DNA of 49,462 nucleotides from Alphaproteobacteria bacterium (GCA_045126755.1 JBGVOY010000139.1:1-49462), one strand, 5' to 3'. Positions 1-8,813 are shown, numbered from the stretch's first letter. Notes: generated from the letters alone by a model not told the origin. Program-made: numbers and translations.

Positions 1-242
1 ATTACTTCGTCGTAGTGAACGTTTTTGAGAAAACCTTTCTTGGCGAACCTGTTTTCAGCATCTTTGCTTAAGTAGGTGGCATTGGAAATCAGAATAATCT
101 TTAATCCGGTCTCTTCTCGCAGTCTTTTACACTCTTCAACCGCCAGAGGTTCAAACTTACCATCGAAAGTCAGAACTCCGTAGTTGTCAAGTATTGCATA
201 CTTGCAATCTGTGTGCTTGAGCACATCTTTAAAACTTCTCAT
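1..242 (-). CDS. HAD-superfamily hydrolase (subfamily IIA-like), first 80 codons only; gene continues off the left edge
   Basis: Not in the ORF track. ATG at 242-240 on the minus strand, open to base 1. My translation MRSFKDVLKHTDCKYAILDNYGVLTFDGKFEPLAVEECKRLREETGLKIILISNATYLSKDAENRF... shows hhhDxxGVL (motif I-like) and hhhISN (motif II-like) spacing as in HAD IIA enzymes. Confidence 0.4.
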   Translation of the reverse strand, partial: MRSFKDVLKHTDCKYAILDNYGVLTFDGKFEPLAVEECKRLREETGLKIILISNATYLSKDAENRFAKKGFLKNVHYDEV

Positions 243-302
243 ATACAAAAAAATTTGGTTACTGCATGGATTGTAACCAAATTTTCTTATTTTGTCAAGT
301 TG

Positions 303-1319
303 TTATTTTCCGAATACCGTGTCTTTTAACAACTTTAAATTATTTTGGATAATCGGTCTTGCTTTTTGAGCACCTTTTGCCAATTTTTCTTCAACTTCAT
401 CAAAATGAGCCATATAGTAATTATACATTTCTCTGGCAGATTTTGTTTCAGCCAAAACCGCATCAAGAAGCATATTTTTTATGTGTCCGTATCCCAATTT
501 ACCTTGTTCCAAACCTTGAGCCATTTCAGCAACCTGCTCTTCAGATGCTATTGCTTTATACATCTGATACACCAAAATCTCATCAGGGTTTTTAGGTTCT
601 TCCATCGGACGCGAATCGGTTTTTATGGAAAAGACAGCTTTTTTAATTGCTTTATCTTCATCAAAAATAGGAATTACGTTTCCGTAGGATTTGCTCATTT
701 TTCTACCGTCAATACCGGGGACGGTTGCAACATTTTCTTCTATATAGTATGTCGGCAATTTAAGTAAATCTTTATTGTAGTGTGCATTGATTGCCCCTGC
801 AATATCACGAGCAATTTCAACGTGTTGAATTTGGTCTTTACCGACCGGAACAATGTCTGTTGAATATGCTAAAATATCTGCAGCCATTAAGGTCGGATAT
901 GTATAAAGGCCCATATTTATTCCATCATCATCAGGTTTTGAGTTCAAGCGGTTTTTATCGACACAAGCTTTATATGCGTGCGCTTTATTCATAAAGCCTT
1001 TTGGAGTGTAGGCATACAAAATAGTTGTAAATTCATGAATTTCGGGAATGTCAGATTGACGATAAAAAACAGATTTGTCGGCATCTAAACCAAACGCAAG
1101 GTAGATACATGCAATTTCTTTTAGTTTCTGATTAAGAACTTTAGGGTCTTTTTCAGCATTGATAGCATGATAGTCGGCAATAAACATATAATGCTTACCA
1201 CCGCTTTGAAGTGCTTTTTTACCCAAATTCAATGCCGGTTTAATTGCTCCCAAATAGTTTCCGATATGTGGAGTGCCGGTCGGTTTTACACCGGTTAATA
1301 CTGTTTTACCCTTAAACAT
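303..1319 (-). CDS. trpS: Tryptophan--tRNA ligase
   Basis: 338 aa. Class I aaRS HIGH-type motif (TGTPHIGNYLG) near the N-terminus and KMSKS (GRKMSKSYGN). Size and motif spacing are typical of bacterial TrpRS. Confidence 0.9.
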   Translation of the reverse strand: MFKGKTVLTGVKPTGTPHIGNYLGAIKPALNLGKKALQSGGKHYMFIADYHAINAEKDPKVLNQKLKEIACIYLAFGLDADKSVFYRQSDIPEIHEFTTILYAYTPKGFMNKAHAYKACVDKNRLNSKPDDDGINMGLYTYPTLMAADILAYSTDIVPVGKDQIQHVEIARDIAGAINAHYNKDLLKLPTYYIEENVATVPGIDGRKMSKSYGNVIPIFDEDKAIKKAVFSIKTDSRPMEEPKNPDEILVYQMYKAIASEEQVAEMAQGLEQGKLGYGHIKNMLLDAVLAETKSAREMYNYYMAHFDEVEEKLAKGAQKARPIIQNNLKLLKDTVFGK

Positions 1320-1436
1320 ATTTAATAAACCTCTTTTTTAAAGCTTTTTATTTATTTTCTTGTTGTAATTGATTTGAAAAGAAGATAATCTGCTTTCTGG
1401 TTTAAATCAATATATTTTTAATAGGACGTTTAAAAG

Positions 1437-2723
1437 ATGTTGGATATAAAATTTATCATAGAAAATACAGATACCGTTCAAGACGGGCTAAATAAAAAAG
1501 GCTACACAAAAGATATTTTAGATTTAGATGCCTTAATTTCATTACATAAAGAAATCAACAAATTAAAAACTTCTTCACAAGCTATTGCTGAAGAAAAAAA
1601 TAAATTAAGTGCTTCTATTAAATCAGCATCAGCAGACGAACGTCCGTCCATTATTGAAAAAAGTAAAGCTTTGGGCGAAGAATTTAAAGTTTTACAAGAA
1701 CAACTCAATGTAAAACAAGCAGAGTTTGATTTGATGATGCTTAAAATGCCCAATATGCCATCTGCCGAAAGTCCGATAGGTCCTGATGACAGCGCAAACG
1801 TTGTTCGCAAAAAAGTCGGCAACATAAGAGAATTTACTTTTACCCCTCGTGACCATATTGAATTGATGGAAATAAACGATTGGTCAGAAATGGAACGAAT
1901 CGCCAAAGTTTCAGGCTCAAGAACATACGCTATCAAAAATGATTTAGCTAAGCTCGAACTTGCCATGCACATGATGGTTTTGGATAAACTTCGTGAACAT
2001 GGCTTTACGGTTATCACCGTGCCGTCAATTTCTAAAGAAAAACCGCTTTACGGACAAGGATATTTACCTTTTTCAAGAGATGAAGTTTATCATTTGCCCA
2101 ATGACGATATTTACCTTTCAGGAACTGCCGAACTTATTTTAAACTCTTTAAGAGCAGACGAAATTTTAACCGAAAACGAGTTGCCGATTTTGTATGCAGG
2201 TTTCTCTCCATGTTTCAGACGTGAAGCAGGTGCCGCAGGTAAAGATACACGAGGCTTGGTTCGTGTTCACCAATTTATGAAAACCGAACAATTTGTAATT
2301 TGTAAAAATGATTTAAACGAGAGTGAAAAATGGCATAAAAAATTGCTCGAAATTTCTGAAGAAGTTTTGCAAGATTTAGAACTTCCTTACCAAGTGTTGG
2401 AAGTTTGCACCGGTGATATGGGAGCTCCTAAATATCGTCAGTATGATTTGGAAGCATGGGTTCCAAGCCAAAATTGTTATCGTGAAACACACTCTTGCTC
2501 CAACATTACCGAATGGCAAGCAAGACGCACAAATTTAAGATATCGTGAAAATGAAAGCGGTAAGGTTAAATTTGTTCACACCCTTAACAATACAGGAATT
2601 GCCACCCCTCGTGCTTTGGTTCCGTTTATCGAAAATCATCAAAACGAAGACGGAACGGTTAACATTCCTTCTAAATTACAACCTTATATGGGTGGTAAAA
2701 AAGTTATCGGTAAAAACTGCTAG
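1437..2723 (+). CDS. serS: Serine--tRNA ligase
   Basis: 428 aa. N-terminal coiled-coil arm. Class II motifs: FSPCFRREAG...GLVRVHQFMKTEQF (motif 2) and NNTGIATPRALVPFIENHQ (motif 3). Confidence 0.93.
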   Translation: MLDIKFIIENTDTVQDGLNKKGYTKDILDLDALISLHKEINKLKTSSQAIAEEKNKLSASIKSASADERPSIIEKSKALGEEFKVLQEQLNVKQAEFDLMMLKMPNMPSAESPIGPDDSANVVRKKVGNIREFTFTPRDHIELMEINDWSEMERIAKVSGSRTYAIKNDLAKLELAMHMMVLDKLREHGFTVITVPSISKEKPLYGQGYLPFSRDEVYHLPNDDIYLSGTAELILNSLRADEILTENELPILYAGFSPCFRREAGAAGKDTRGLVRVHQFMKTEQFVICKNDLNESEKWHKKLLEISEEVLQDLELPYQVLEVCTGDMGAPKYRQYDLEAWVPSQNCYRETHSCSNITEWQARRTNLRYRENESGKVKFVHTLNNTGIATPRALVPFIENHQNEDGTVNIPSKLQPYMGGKKVIGKNC

Positions 2724-2749
2724 TTTTTATTTGTTATACATAAAACTTG

Positions 2750-2776
2750 AGGACGTTGCAATCAACGTCCTTTTTT
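2750..2776. terminator. Rho-independent terminator between convergent serS and the pilin-like gene
   Basis: Perfect 9-bp stem AGGACGTTG / CAACGTCCT with loop CAAT, followed by TTTTT. It lies between two convergent stop codons. Confidence 0.7.
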
Positions 2777-2777
2777 G

Positions 2778-3431
2778 TTATTCTTCAGGCCACTTCAGGC
2801 TATAAGCATACGACAGATTGCGATTGTTATCTTCTACTGCTTTAGAACAAAAATCAAAAGCTTTTGTAACGCTTAGATTTTTTAGACAACCATCACCGGA
2901 ACAATACTTATCTCCGTAATAAGAAGCAAAAACCTTTACCGTACTGGTATTGTTTGTGGAAACTAATTCCACATACCAAATACTATCATGATACTCTTTA
3001 ATTAAGTTAAACAAATTAGTACATACTTCTTTGGCCATATTATCTTTGGCCATATCAGCATAAAAATTCATGGATGTAACAGCTTTATTCGGTGCCGGCC
3101 CCCAATTTGCAACTACACCGTCTAATATTTCAATTTTATTATTGAAAACATCATAGATATAATTTTCGTCATTTTTTTTAATCATCTCTTTGGGTATAAC
3201 TTCAAGTTTTTTAAGCATCGGAATAATTGATATACGCGGAGAAACCCTAACCAACGGATGATGATACCCAATGTAACTGATAACTTGATTTATCTGGTTA
3301 ATTTGCTTGTTCATTTTATATTTGGTCATCGCTTTAGAATAACCGGCAATAGCACCTACCGATAAAACACCGATAATTGCCAATACTCCAAGCATTTCTA
3401 CCATACTTCTGCCGATTTGATTTATTTTCAT
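2778..3431 (-). CDS. Type IV pilin / pseudopilin-like protein (paralog A)
   Basis: Short leader MKINQIG, then RSMVEMLGVLAIIGVLSVGAIAGY, giving Glu at +5 and a hydrophobic helix (class III signal-peptide architecture). C-terminal Cys pairs (YCSGDGC...FC). I prefer the ATG at 3431 over the track start (GTG at 3443). Confidence 0.6.
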   Translation of the reverse strand: MKINQIGRSMVEMLGVLAIIGVLSVGAIAGYSKAMTKYKMNKQINQINQVISYIGYHHPLVRVSPRISIIPMLKKLEVIPKEMIKKNDENYIYDVFNNKIEILDGVVANWGPAPNKAVTSMNFYADMAKDNMAKEVCTNLFNLIKEYHDSIWYVELVSTNNTSTVKVFASYYGDKYCSGDGCLKNLSVTKAFDFCSKAVEDNNRNLSYAYSLKWPEE

Positions 3432-3567
3432 ATAAAAAATCACTCACAAATAAAACACTATCTTTTTTGTATGCTAAAACAAATACATTTTGTTGTAAAG
3501 ATATTTTGTCAGAGCAAACTTGAATTTTTCTTTTAATATTGCTACTTTTAGTAAAAGGATTAAGCAG

Positions 3568-4254
3568 ATGAAACAAAAATATAACTTAAACATAAAAAAA
3601 TTAAAAGTAGCGGTATTTGACTGGGATAATACTTTAGCCGAATCAAGAACAGCACTTGTGTATTCGGTTAATAAAGTGCTGAAAGAATATGGTCTTAATG
3701 ATTGGGAAATTGAAAAACAAAAACGAAATAATAATCTGTCTTTTAAAGATAACTTTGTAAATATTTTTGGCGCCAATGCCGATGAAGCTTATAAAAAATA
3801 CCGAACAATATATTTAGAAAATGTTGATAAACTGATTACAACTTTTCCTAAAACTCATGACGTTCTGAATTTTTTAAAAAATAACGGAATAAGTTTAATG
3901 ATTATGAGCAATAAAGAACGTGTTTTGTTAGAATATGAATTGCCTCTGCTTTTTAATCCGTCGCTTTTTGATAATGTAGTTTGCGGACACGAAGCGCAAA
4001 AAGACAAACCTTATGCCGAGCATTTGTGGTGGACAGTAAAAGATGTGTTTTTACCGGAACATATAACTCCGGAAACAGTCTGGGTAATCGGTGATAGTCC
4101 GCAAGACAGCAGTTGCGCAAAAAATGCCGGAGCAAAAGCTATTCGAATCGGTTCATCTATTTGGGGAGATGATGAAGTTAAAAAAGATGAAATTTATTTT
4201 TTTAATTCATTTGTGGATTTTTATGATAGTTTGCTTTTATCAAATAAAAAATAA
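3568..4254 (+). CDS. HAD-superfamily phosphatase (phosphoglycolate-phosphatase-like)
   Basis: Motif I VAVFDWDNTL, motif II LMIMSNK, motif IV VIGDSPQDSSCAKNAGA. The track start at 3520 is TTG. The ATG at 3568 is preceded by AAAGGA, so I favour it. Confidence 0.7.
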   Translation: MKQKYNLNIKKLKVAVFDWDNTLAESRTALVYSVNKVLKEYGLNDWEIEKQKRNNNLSFKDNFVNIFGANADEAYKKYRTIYLENVDKLITTFPKTHDVLNFLKNNGISLMIMSNKERVLLEYELPLLFNPSLFDNVVCGHEAQKDKPYAEHLWWTVKDVFLPEHITPETVWVIGDSPQDSSCAKNAGAKAIRIGSSIWGDDEVKKDEIYFFNSFVDFYDSLLLSNKK

Positions 4255-4285
4255 GTTAAAATCATGTAAGGTTTAATGTTAACGA

Positions 4286-5368
4286 TTGAAAGTTATGGCA
4301 CTTAATAACAATAAAGAACTGTATGTAAAGAAAACCAAGCAATTTTTGCTTTATGGTTTTGTGTTATTTTTGCTGATTTTTAATATTTTCGTGTTCTGTC
4401 GTTATATTTCTTCTAATCCCGAATATACAATAAATTATCAAACTCCGACAGACGAGATGAAAGAATTTCGCAATCCGTTAATGGGTATGTTTTTTACCGA
4501 TAATCAAAACAAAATAAAGCTTGTAGTTTTACCGGATATGATAAATCAGCACCGCAGCATAAGATACCCTAAAATGCTAAATATCGATAATCAGCCGACA
4601 GTTGTAATTAAAAATGAAAAAACAACCGAAAAACATCTGCAATATTTACAAAGAAAGATGTCAAACATCAGTATGATCAGCGATATTGAAAAAATTTATA
4701 ATGATGCAATAATTGTGTGGTTTGATAATGTTGAAAATCCGCTTGAAGATTTTGAAAAAATTAAAAATTATGCAAAAACACATAAATTGTATCCGAAAAC
4801 TTTTGATATGATAAATTATAAAAAAATAAACTCAGATACTGTCAAGAAAAAGGCATATACACTAGATGAGCAACAAAAAAATTTATCTTCTTTTGTTAAT
4901 AATTATCGCCCTGCTTTAAGTGCTTTTATTAAGAATTATTCTTCGCTTAAAGGGTATGATAAAAGATTAAACGATAAAGCATCCTCTGTTGTGGTCGTTT
5001 GCGACGACAACAAAATATGCGAAGAATTTACCGATTTGAGTTTTGATAAATCTGTTTTGAAATCGATATCCGAAAACTTACATCAAGCAAACAAAAAATA
5101 CCCTGATAATAACAAAAAAATCTTTTTACTTACCAAACTTGAAAAGCATGATTTTAATTCAGAAAAAGAGTTTTTTGAAGAGTTGAACAATTCTTTCGGC
5201 GTTATAATGGAAAAAGGTTTATTATCAGGAATGATGATGCCTTCATATTGGGATTTTTACCCTGATAAAAAAGAGTTTATAAAAAATTTAAAAATAAAAT
5301 CGGGTATAAATCCGGATTATTGGAGCAACGATATTCAAATATATTTTTTTAAAGCAGTGGAGATATAA
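4286..5368 (+). CDS. Membrane-anchored protein with AMMECR1-like C-terminal motif
   Basis: One N-terminal TM segment (FLLYGFVLFLLIFNIFVF). The C-terminal GVIMEKGLLSGMMMPSYWDFYPDKKEFIKNLKIKSGINPDYWSNDIQIYFFKAVEI follows the AMMECR1 pattern hGhIhEkG..G.hLP....d.eeF...l.KaGl..d.W....I..F.a. Start uncertain: TTG at 4286 or ATG at 4295. Confidence 0.4.
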   Translation: MKVMALNNNKELYVKKTKQFLLYGFVLFLLIFNIFVFCRYISSNPEYTINYQTPTDEMKEFRNPLMGMFFTDNQNKIKLVVLPDMINQHRSIRYPKMLNIDNQPTVVIKNEKTTEKHLQYLQRKMSNISMISDIEKIYNDAIIVWFDNVENPLEDFEKIKNYAKTHKLYPKTFDMINYKKINSDTVKKKAYTLDEQQKNLSSFVNNYRPALSAFIKNYSSLKGYDKRLNDKASSVVVVCDDNKICEEFTDLSFDKSVLKSISENLHQANKKYPDNNKKIFLLTKLEKHDFNSEKEFFEELNNSFGVIMEKGLLSGMMMPSYWDFYPDKKEFIKNLKIKSGINPDYWSNDIQIYFFKAVEI

Positions 5369-7081
5369 ATGAAAATAAACGGTTATGATTTAAATTTAAC
5401 AGAAAACGAACTCGATGATATATTAAATAACAAATGCCGTAATGTAGAATTGATATCGAAAGATTTTGAAGCTTATGTAAATCTTTCGGATAATGACAAG
5501 AAAGCTTTGGAGCATTTGGTAAACGCCTCTGAAATTATTAACGATATTGCGTTAGAGCAAGATCATCCTTTGAATAAAAGCTTTAAACAAGCATTGGAAA
5601 TATCTGCTTCTGAAAATACTCATGCAAAAAAAGCTTTGGAGCTTTTTAACAGTTTAAACGGAGTTGCCGGACACAACGGAGTTGATAAAGAACCTATACA
5701 AATTTTTAAAAAGGTAGAATTATTAAAGGGGAAAAATTTTTATCCTGAAGATTTAAGCGTAAAAGAATTTCATCAAATACTTTTTGAAATGGCCGGTAAA
5801 AATAAATATGCGGAAATACAAAATATATTATCTGCCAGAACTATGGTCAGAAGAAAAAATAACGAACTTATCGGAATTGATTATACCGAGTATTTTGCAG
5901 CAGAATTTAATCAACTGGCAAAAGAACTTGAAGAAGCCGCTCAATTTTGCACCGATGAAAATTTCAAACAATATTTAAATTGGCAAGTTAAAGCCCTTTT
6001 AAATAATGATGAAAAGCTTGATATGGTTGCCGATAAATATTGGGCCTCTATGCAAAATTCAAATCTTGAATTTACTATTTCAAGAGAAAATTATGCCGAT
6101 GAAATGACCGGAACAATTTTTGATAATTCTGATTTGGTAAGCATAATGCAAGCGCATAATATAGAAATTGTTTCAAAAGATACTTTAGGTTGCAGAGTTG
6201 GTCTGATAAATAAACAAGGTACTCAATTTATTTTAGAATCATTAAAAAGTTTGCCTCATCTTGCAAAATGGATGCCAAACAGTAATCAATATGAACAAAG
6301 CATCGGAGCTTTTGATTCAAAACAAACCATGGTCGATGTCGATTTAATTGCATTAACCGGCGATTATGCTCAATGTCGCGGAGGGATTACAACCGCACAA
6401 AATTTACCTAACAATGATAAATTATCGGTAAAAAGCGGCGGCGGAAGACGTAATGTATATCATCGTCAAGTGCGCATGAGCTCTGATAAACAACGTGAGA
6501 AAAAACTTTTAGACGCATTGGTTGATGCAAAATTACATAATTATTTTGATACCGAATCTATTCATAGTTTTGTTATCGGACATGAAAACGGGCATTCTTT
6601 AGGCCCTTTAAGCGAATATCAAAATGCGTTGGGTATTTATAAGCATATTATTGAAGAACACAAAGCAGATGTGATATCCATTGCATCTATGGAAGAGCTC
6701 TCCGAAAAGTTCAATTTATTTGAAAAAGAATATTTAAAAACAATTTATACATCTTGGTGTGTCGGCTTGTTTTTAAAAGCAAAACCGGTTTTTGCAAACC
6801 CGCATCGTGTAGCTGACTTAATTCAATTTAACTATTTGTTTGAACACAATGTTATCTTTTTCGATGAAAACAAAAAAATACACATAAGTTTTGATACTCT
6901 TTCATCAACAATGTATAAATTGTTGGAAGAAACCATCAATATTCAACTTTCAAAATCTGCAAATAAGGCCAAGGAGTTTATTGACAGATGGGCATATTGG
7001 GGAGAAAATTCAGAATATATTGCTTCTGTTCAGAAAGAACTCGGAATAAAACCGTATATCAAAATTGTAACTAAATTTTAA
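5369..7081 (+). CDS. Zinc metallopeptidase, M49 (DPP III)-like
   Basis: 570 aa. HExxH (VIGHENGHSLG) followed about 30 aa later by IIEEHKADVIS, matching the second M49 motif EExK/RAE/D. The ATG directly abuts the upstream stop codon (GGAGA SD inside the upstream gene), so the two genes are translationally coupled. Confidence 0.5.
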   Translation: MKINGYDLNLTENELDDILNNKCRNVELISKDFEAYVNLSDNDKKALEHLVNASEIINDIALEQDHPLNKSFKQALEISASENTHAKKALELFNSLNGVAGHNGVDKEPIQIFKKVELLKGKNFYPEDLSVKEFHQILFEMAGKNKYAEIQNILSARTMVRRKNNELIGIDYTEYFAAEFNQLAKELEEAAQFCTDENFKQYLNWQVKALLNNDEKLDMVADKYWASMQNSNLEFTISRENYADEMTGTIFDNSDLVSIMQAHNIEIVSKDTLGCRVGLINKQGTQFILESLKSLPHLAKWMPNSNQYEQSIGAFDSKQTMVDVDLIALTGDYAQCRGGITTAQNLPNNDKLSVKSGGGRRNVYHRQVRMSSDKQREKKLLDALVDAKLHNYFDTESIHSFVIGHENGHSLGPLSEYQNALGIYKHIIEEHKADVISIASMEELSEKFNLFEKEYLKTIYTSWCVGLFLKAKPVFANPHRVADLIQFNYLFEHNVIFFDENKKIHISFDTLSSTMYKLLEETINIQLSKSANKAKEFIDRWAYWGENSEYIASVQKELGIKPYIKIVTKF

Positions 7082-7122
7082 GGGTTATAAAATAAAATGG
7101 AGTATATGAAAAGGAGAATAAA

Positions 7123-7494
7123 ATGTTTGGAAAGTTAGTATATGGACAATATTCATTAAAAGAAACCTTTTGGAAATTTGGTGTTTTTGGGATTTTTGCA
7201 GTTTCTTTTGTTGCAAAAATTTTCGGTGCATTCTTAAATCAAAAGTTAAACGGAATGAGCCTTAAATATTACTATACACATCGCTTTTCAATGCTTGATA
7301 TCGATAACTTGATGTTGTTCTTAACCATCGGATATTTTGTGTGTATGACAGCTCTGGTTTTGTATTCCGTAATGGTTTGGTTAGGTATATGGAGAAGCGC
7401 AAAAGAATACGACAAAAGTGCTTGGTTAGGACATTTAGCAAAATTGTTTATTTTGCTCGTTATGTATACCGGCTTTAAATTTGCATACTTATAA
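7123..7494 (+). CDS. Small integral membrane protein (3-4 TM)
   Basis: 123 aa with several hydrophobic helices (FGVFGIFAVSFVAKIFGAF, LMLFLTIGYFVCMTALVLYSVMVWLGIW, LAKLFILLVMYTGF). AAGGAG SD 7 nt upstream. Confidence 0.5.
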   Translation: MFGKLVYGQYSLKETFWKFGVFGIFAVSFVAKIFGAFLNQKLNGMSLKYYYTHRFSMLDIDNLMLFLTIGYFVCMTALVLYSVMVWLGIWRSAKEYDKSAWLGHLAKLFILLVMYTGFKFAYL

Positions 7495-7506
7495 CTTAAG
7501 GATTTT

Positions 7507-7674
7507 ATGATGAAAAAACTGATACTGCTCTCAATAATATTGTTAGTTACCGCTTGTAAGGGAATTGTCGCAGGTGAAATGTCTGAAAAAAGAAAACGCC
7601 TTTACGAAATCGGCAATGAAGAAAATTACTGTGATAAAAACCCTGACAGATGTATAAAAGGGGTTGCTTGGTAA
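7507..7674 (+). CDS. Small lipoprotein (55 aa), below the ORF-track size cutoff
   Basis: My translation is MMKKLILLSIILLVTACKGIVAGEMSEKRKRLYEIGNEENYCDKNPDRCIKGVAW. It has a lipobox LVTAC. Packed 12 nt after the upstream gene and 18 nt before the pilin-like gene. Confidence 0.5.
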   Translation: MMKKLILLSIILLVTACKGIVAGEMSEKRKRLYEIGNEENYCDKNPDRCIKGVAW

Positions 7675-7692
7675 TATTTAGGAGGCCCTAAT

Positions 7693-8337
7693 GTGCTTTT
7701 TTGTATAAAATACAAAATATCCAATATACAACAACTAGGTCGCAGCATGGTTGAAATGCTTGGCGTTTTGGCCATTATCGGAGTTTTAAGTGTTGGGGCC
7801 ATCTCCGGTTATGCTTCGGCTATGAATAAATACAGGCTAAATAAATTAACAGAACAATTAAATACCATAATTTCCGCTGTAAGCAGATATCACGGTAGTT
7901 TAACAAATATTGATAAATCTGCTCCCGGAGGTGGAAATGGTCCATCATTAATTCCTTTTCTCATGGTTCTTAATGAGATTCCCAAAGAAATGATTAAAAA
8001 AAATGTGAAAACAGCTATTTATGATATATATAAAAACTCTATAGATATATATAGGCACAATACAGGTTATACCGGAATTATTATCAATATAAATAACAAC
8101 TCCAATGGTATTGAAACTTGCAGAAACCTTACGCAAATTGCTGTCCCGTTCAGTGACGAGTTATCAAGTCTGATGTTTAGAGTTAGCCATAATGCCAATT
8201 ACACGTCATATTACGGAAAAGGATGCAAACCATCGCAAAGATGTTTAAAAAATTTTAAGCTGTCTGATATTTACGACCTATGCGATAGCTGTAAAGAAAG
8301 CATAAACAGTTGCACATTTTTGTTAACATTCCGATAA
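7693..8337 (+). CDS. Type IV pilin / pseudopilin-like protein (paralog B)
   Basis: GTG start 7 nt after GGAGG. Leader ends ...QQLG, then RSMVEMLGVLAIIGVLSVGAISGY, almost identical to paralog A. Shares the internal IPKEMIKKN motif and C-terminal Cys pairs (GCKPSQRC...LCDSC). Confidence 0.6.
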   Translation: MLFCIKYKISNIQQLGRSMVEMLGVLAIIGVLSVGAISGYASAMNKYRLNKLTEQLNTIISAVSRYHGSLTNIDKSAPGGGNGPSLIPFLMVLNEIPKEMIKKNVKTAIYDIYKNSIDIYRHNTGYTGIIININNNSNGIETCRNLTQIAVPFSDELSSLMFRVSHNANYTSYYGKGCKPSQRCLKNFKLSDIYDLCDSCKESINSCTFLLTFR

Positions 8338-8348
8338 AGAATCATATT

Positions 8349-8468
8349 TGTTTTTTATAAAAAGTGAGTTTTGCGTAGCAAGACAGAACTTTAGTTCGAA
8401 CGCCGACGTATTTTAAATTGAAAAAAACTCCCTGACGGGAGCTTTAGAAACTGGCGCGCTCGGCGGGG
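8349..8468. repeat. Direct repeat copy 1: displaced 17-nt tRNA-Arg 3' end plus about 100 nt of tRNA-downstream flank
   Basis: TGGCGCGCTCGGCGGGG (8452-8468) is identical to the 3' end of the tRNA at 8696-8712. The preceding ~100 nt, including hairpin CTCCC-TGAC-GGGAG, aligns at roughly 80% identity by eye with 8594-8695. Confidence 0.75.
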
Positions 8469-8593
8469 CTGGAGGCAAAAAATATTCCGTCGGAATATTT
8501 TTAACGACAGGCGAAAGTTTGTTGTTGAGCAAACAAGCATCGCGACGTGATGCGAAACTTACAAACTGAGTGACCGAAGCGAAGTTAACGAAC

Positions 8594-8712
8594 TTTTTGT
8601 TATAAAAAGTGAGTTTTACGCAGCAAGACCGAACCTCGGTTCGAACATCGCCGAGTTTAAAAAATTAAAACTCCCTTTCGGGAGCTTTTAAGATATGGCG
8701 CGCTCGGCGGGG
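8594..8712. repeat. Direct repeat copy 2 (functional tRNA 3' end plus its terminator flank)
   Basis: See copy 1. Identity stops exactly inside the T-stem of the tRNA: GGCGGGG then GTTCGAA here, versus CTGGAGG in copy 1. Confidence 0.75.
8657..8685 (-). terminator. Rho-independent terminator of tRNA-Arg
   Basis: On the minus strand: GCTCCC-GAAA-GGGAG followed by TTTTAATTTTTT, starting about 10 nt after the tRNA CCA end. Confidence 0.65.
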
Positions 8713-8772
8713 TTCGAACTCACAACCTTCTGATCCGTAGTCAGATGCTCTATCCAATTGAGCTACGAGCGC
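8696..8772 (-). tRNA. tRNA-Arg (anticodon ACG), CCA encoded
   Basis: Reverse complement is GCGCTCG-TA-GCTC-AATTGGATA-GAGC-A-TCTGA-CTACGGA-TCAGA-AGGTT-GTGAG-TTCGAAC-CCCGC-CGAGCGC-G-CCA. It folds as a cloverleaf with a 7-bp acceptor stem and anticodon loop CT-ACG-GA. There is one A-C mismatch in the T stem. Confidence 0.9.
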
Positions 8773-8784
8773 ATAACAAAAATG

Positions 8785-8813
8785 TTAATAAAGCAAAATA
8801 ATTTATTTTGCAA
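8785..8813 (-). promoter_or_regulatory. Sigma70-like promoter for tRNA-Arg
   Basis: Minus strand: TTGCAA (8813-8808), a 17-nt spacer, then TATTAA (8790-8785). The -10 element ends 12 nt before the mature tRNA 5' end. Motif match only. Confidence 0.4.

Noticed and set aside
345-2017. Antisense ORFs within trpS and serS (345..767 +, 359..595 +, 791..994 +, 1502..2017 -)
   Set aside because: They overlap confidently identified aminoacyl-tRNA synthetase genes. Their Phe/Ile/Ser-rich translations are typical antisense frames of an AT-rich genome.
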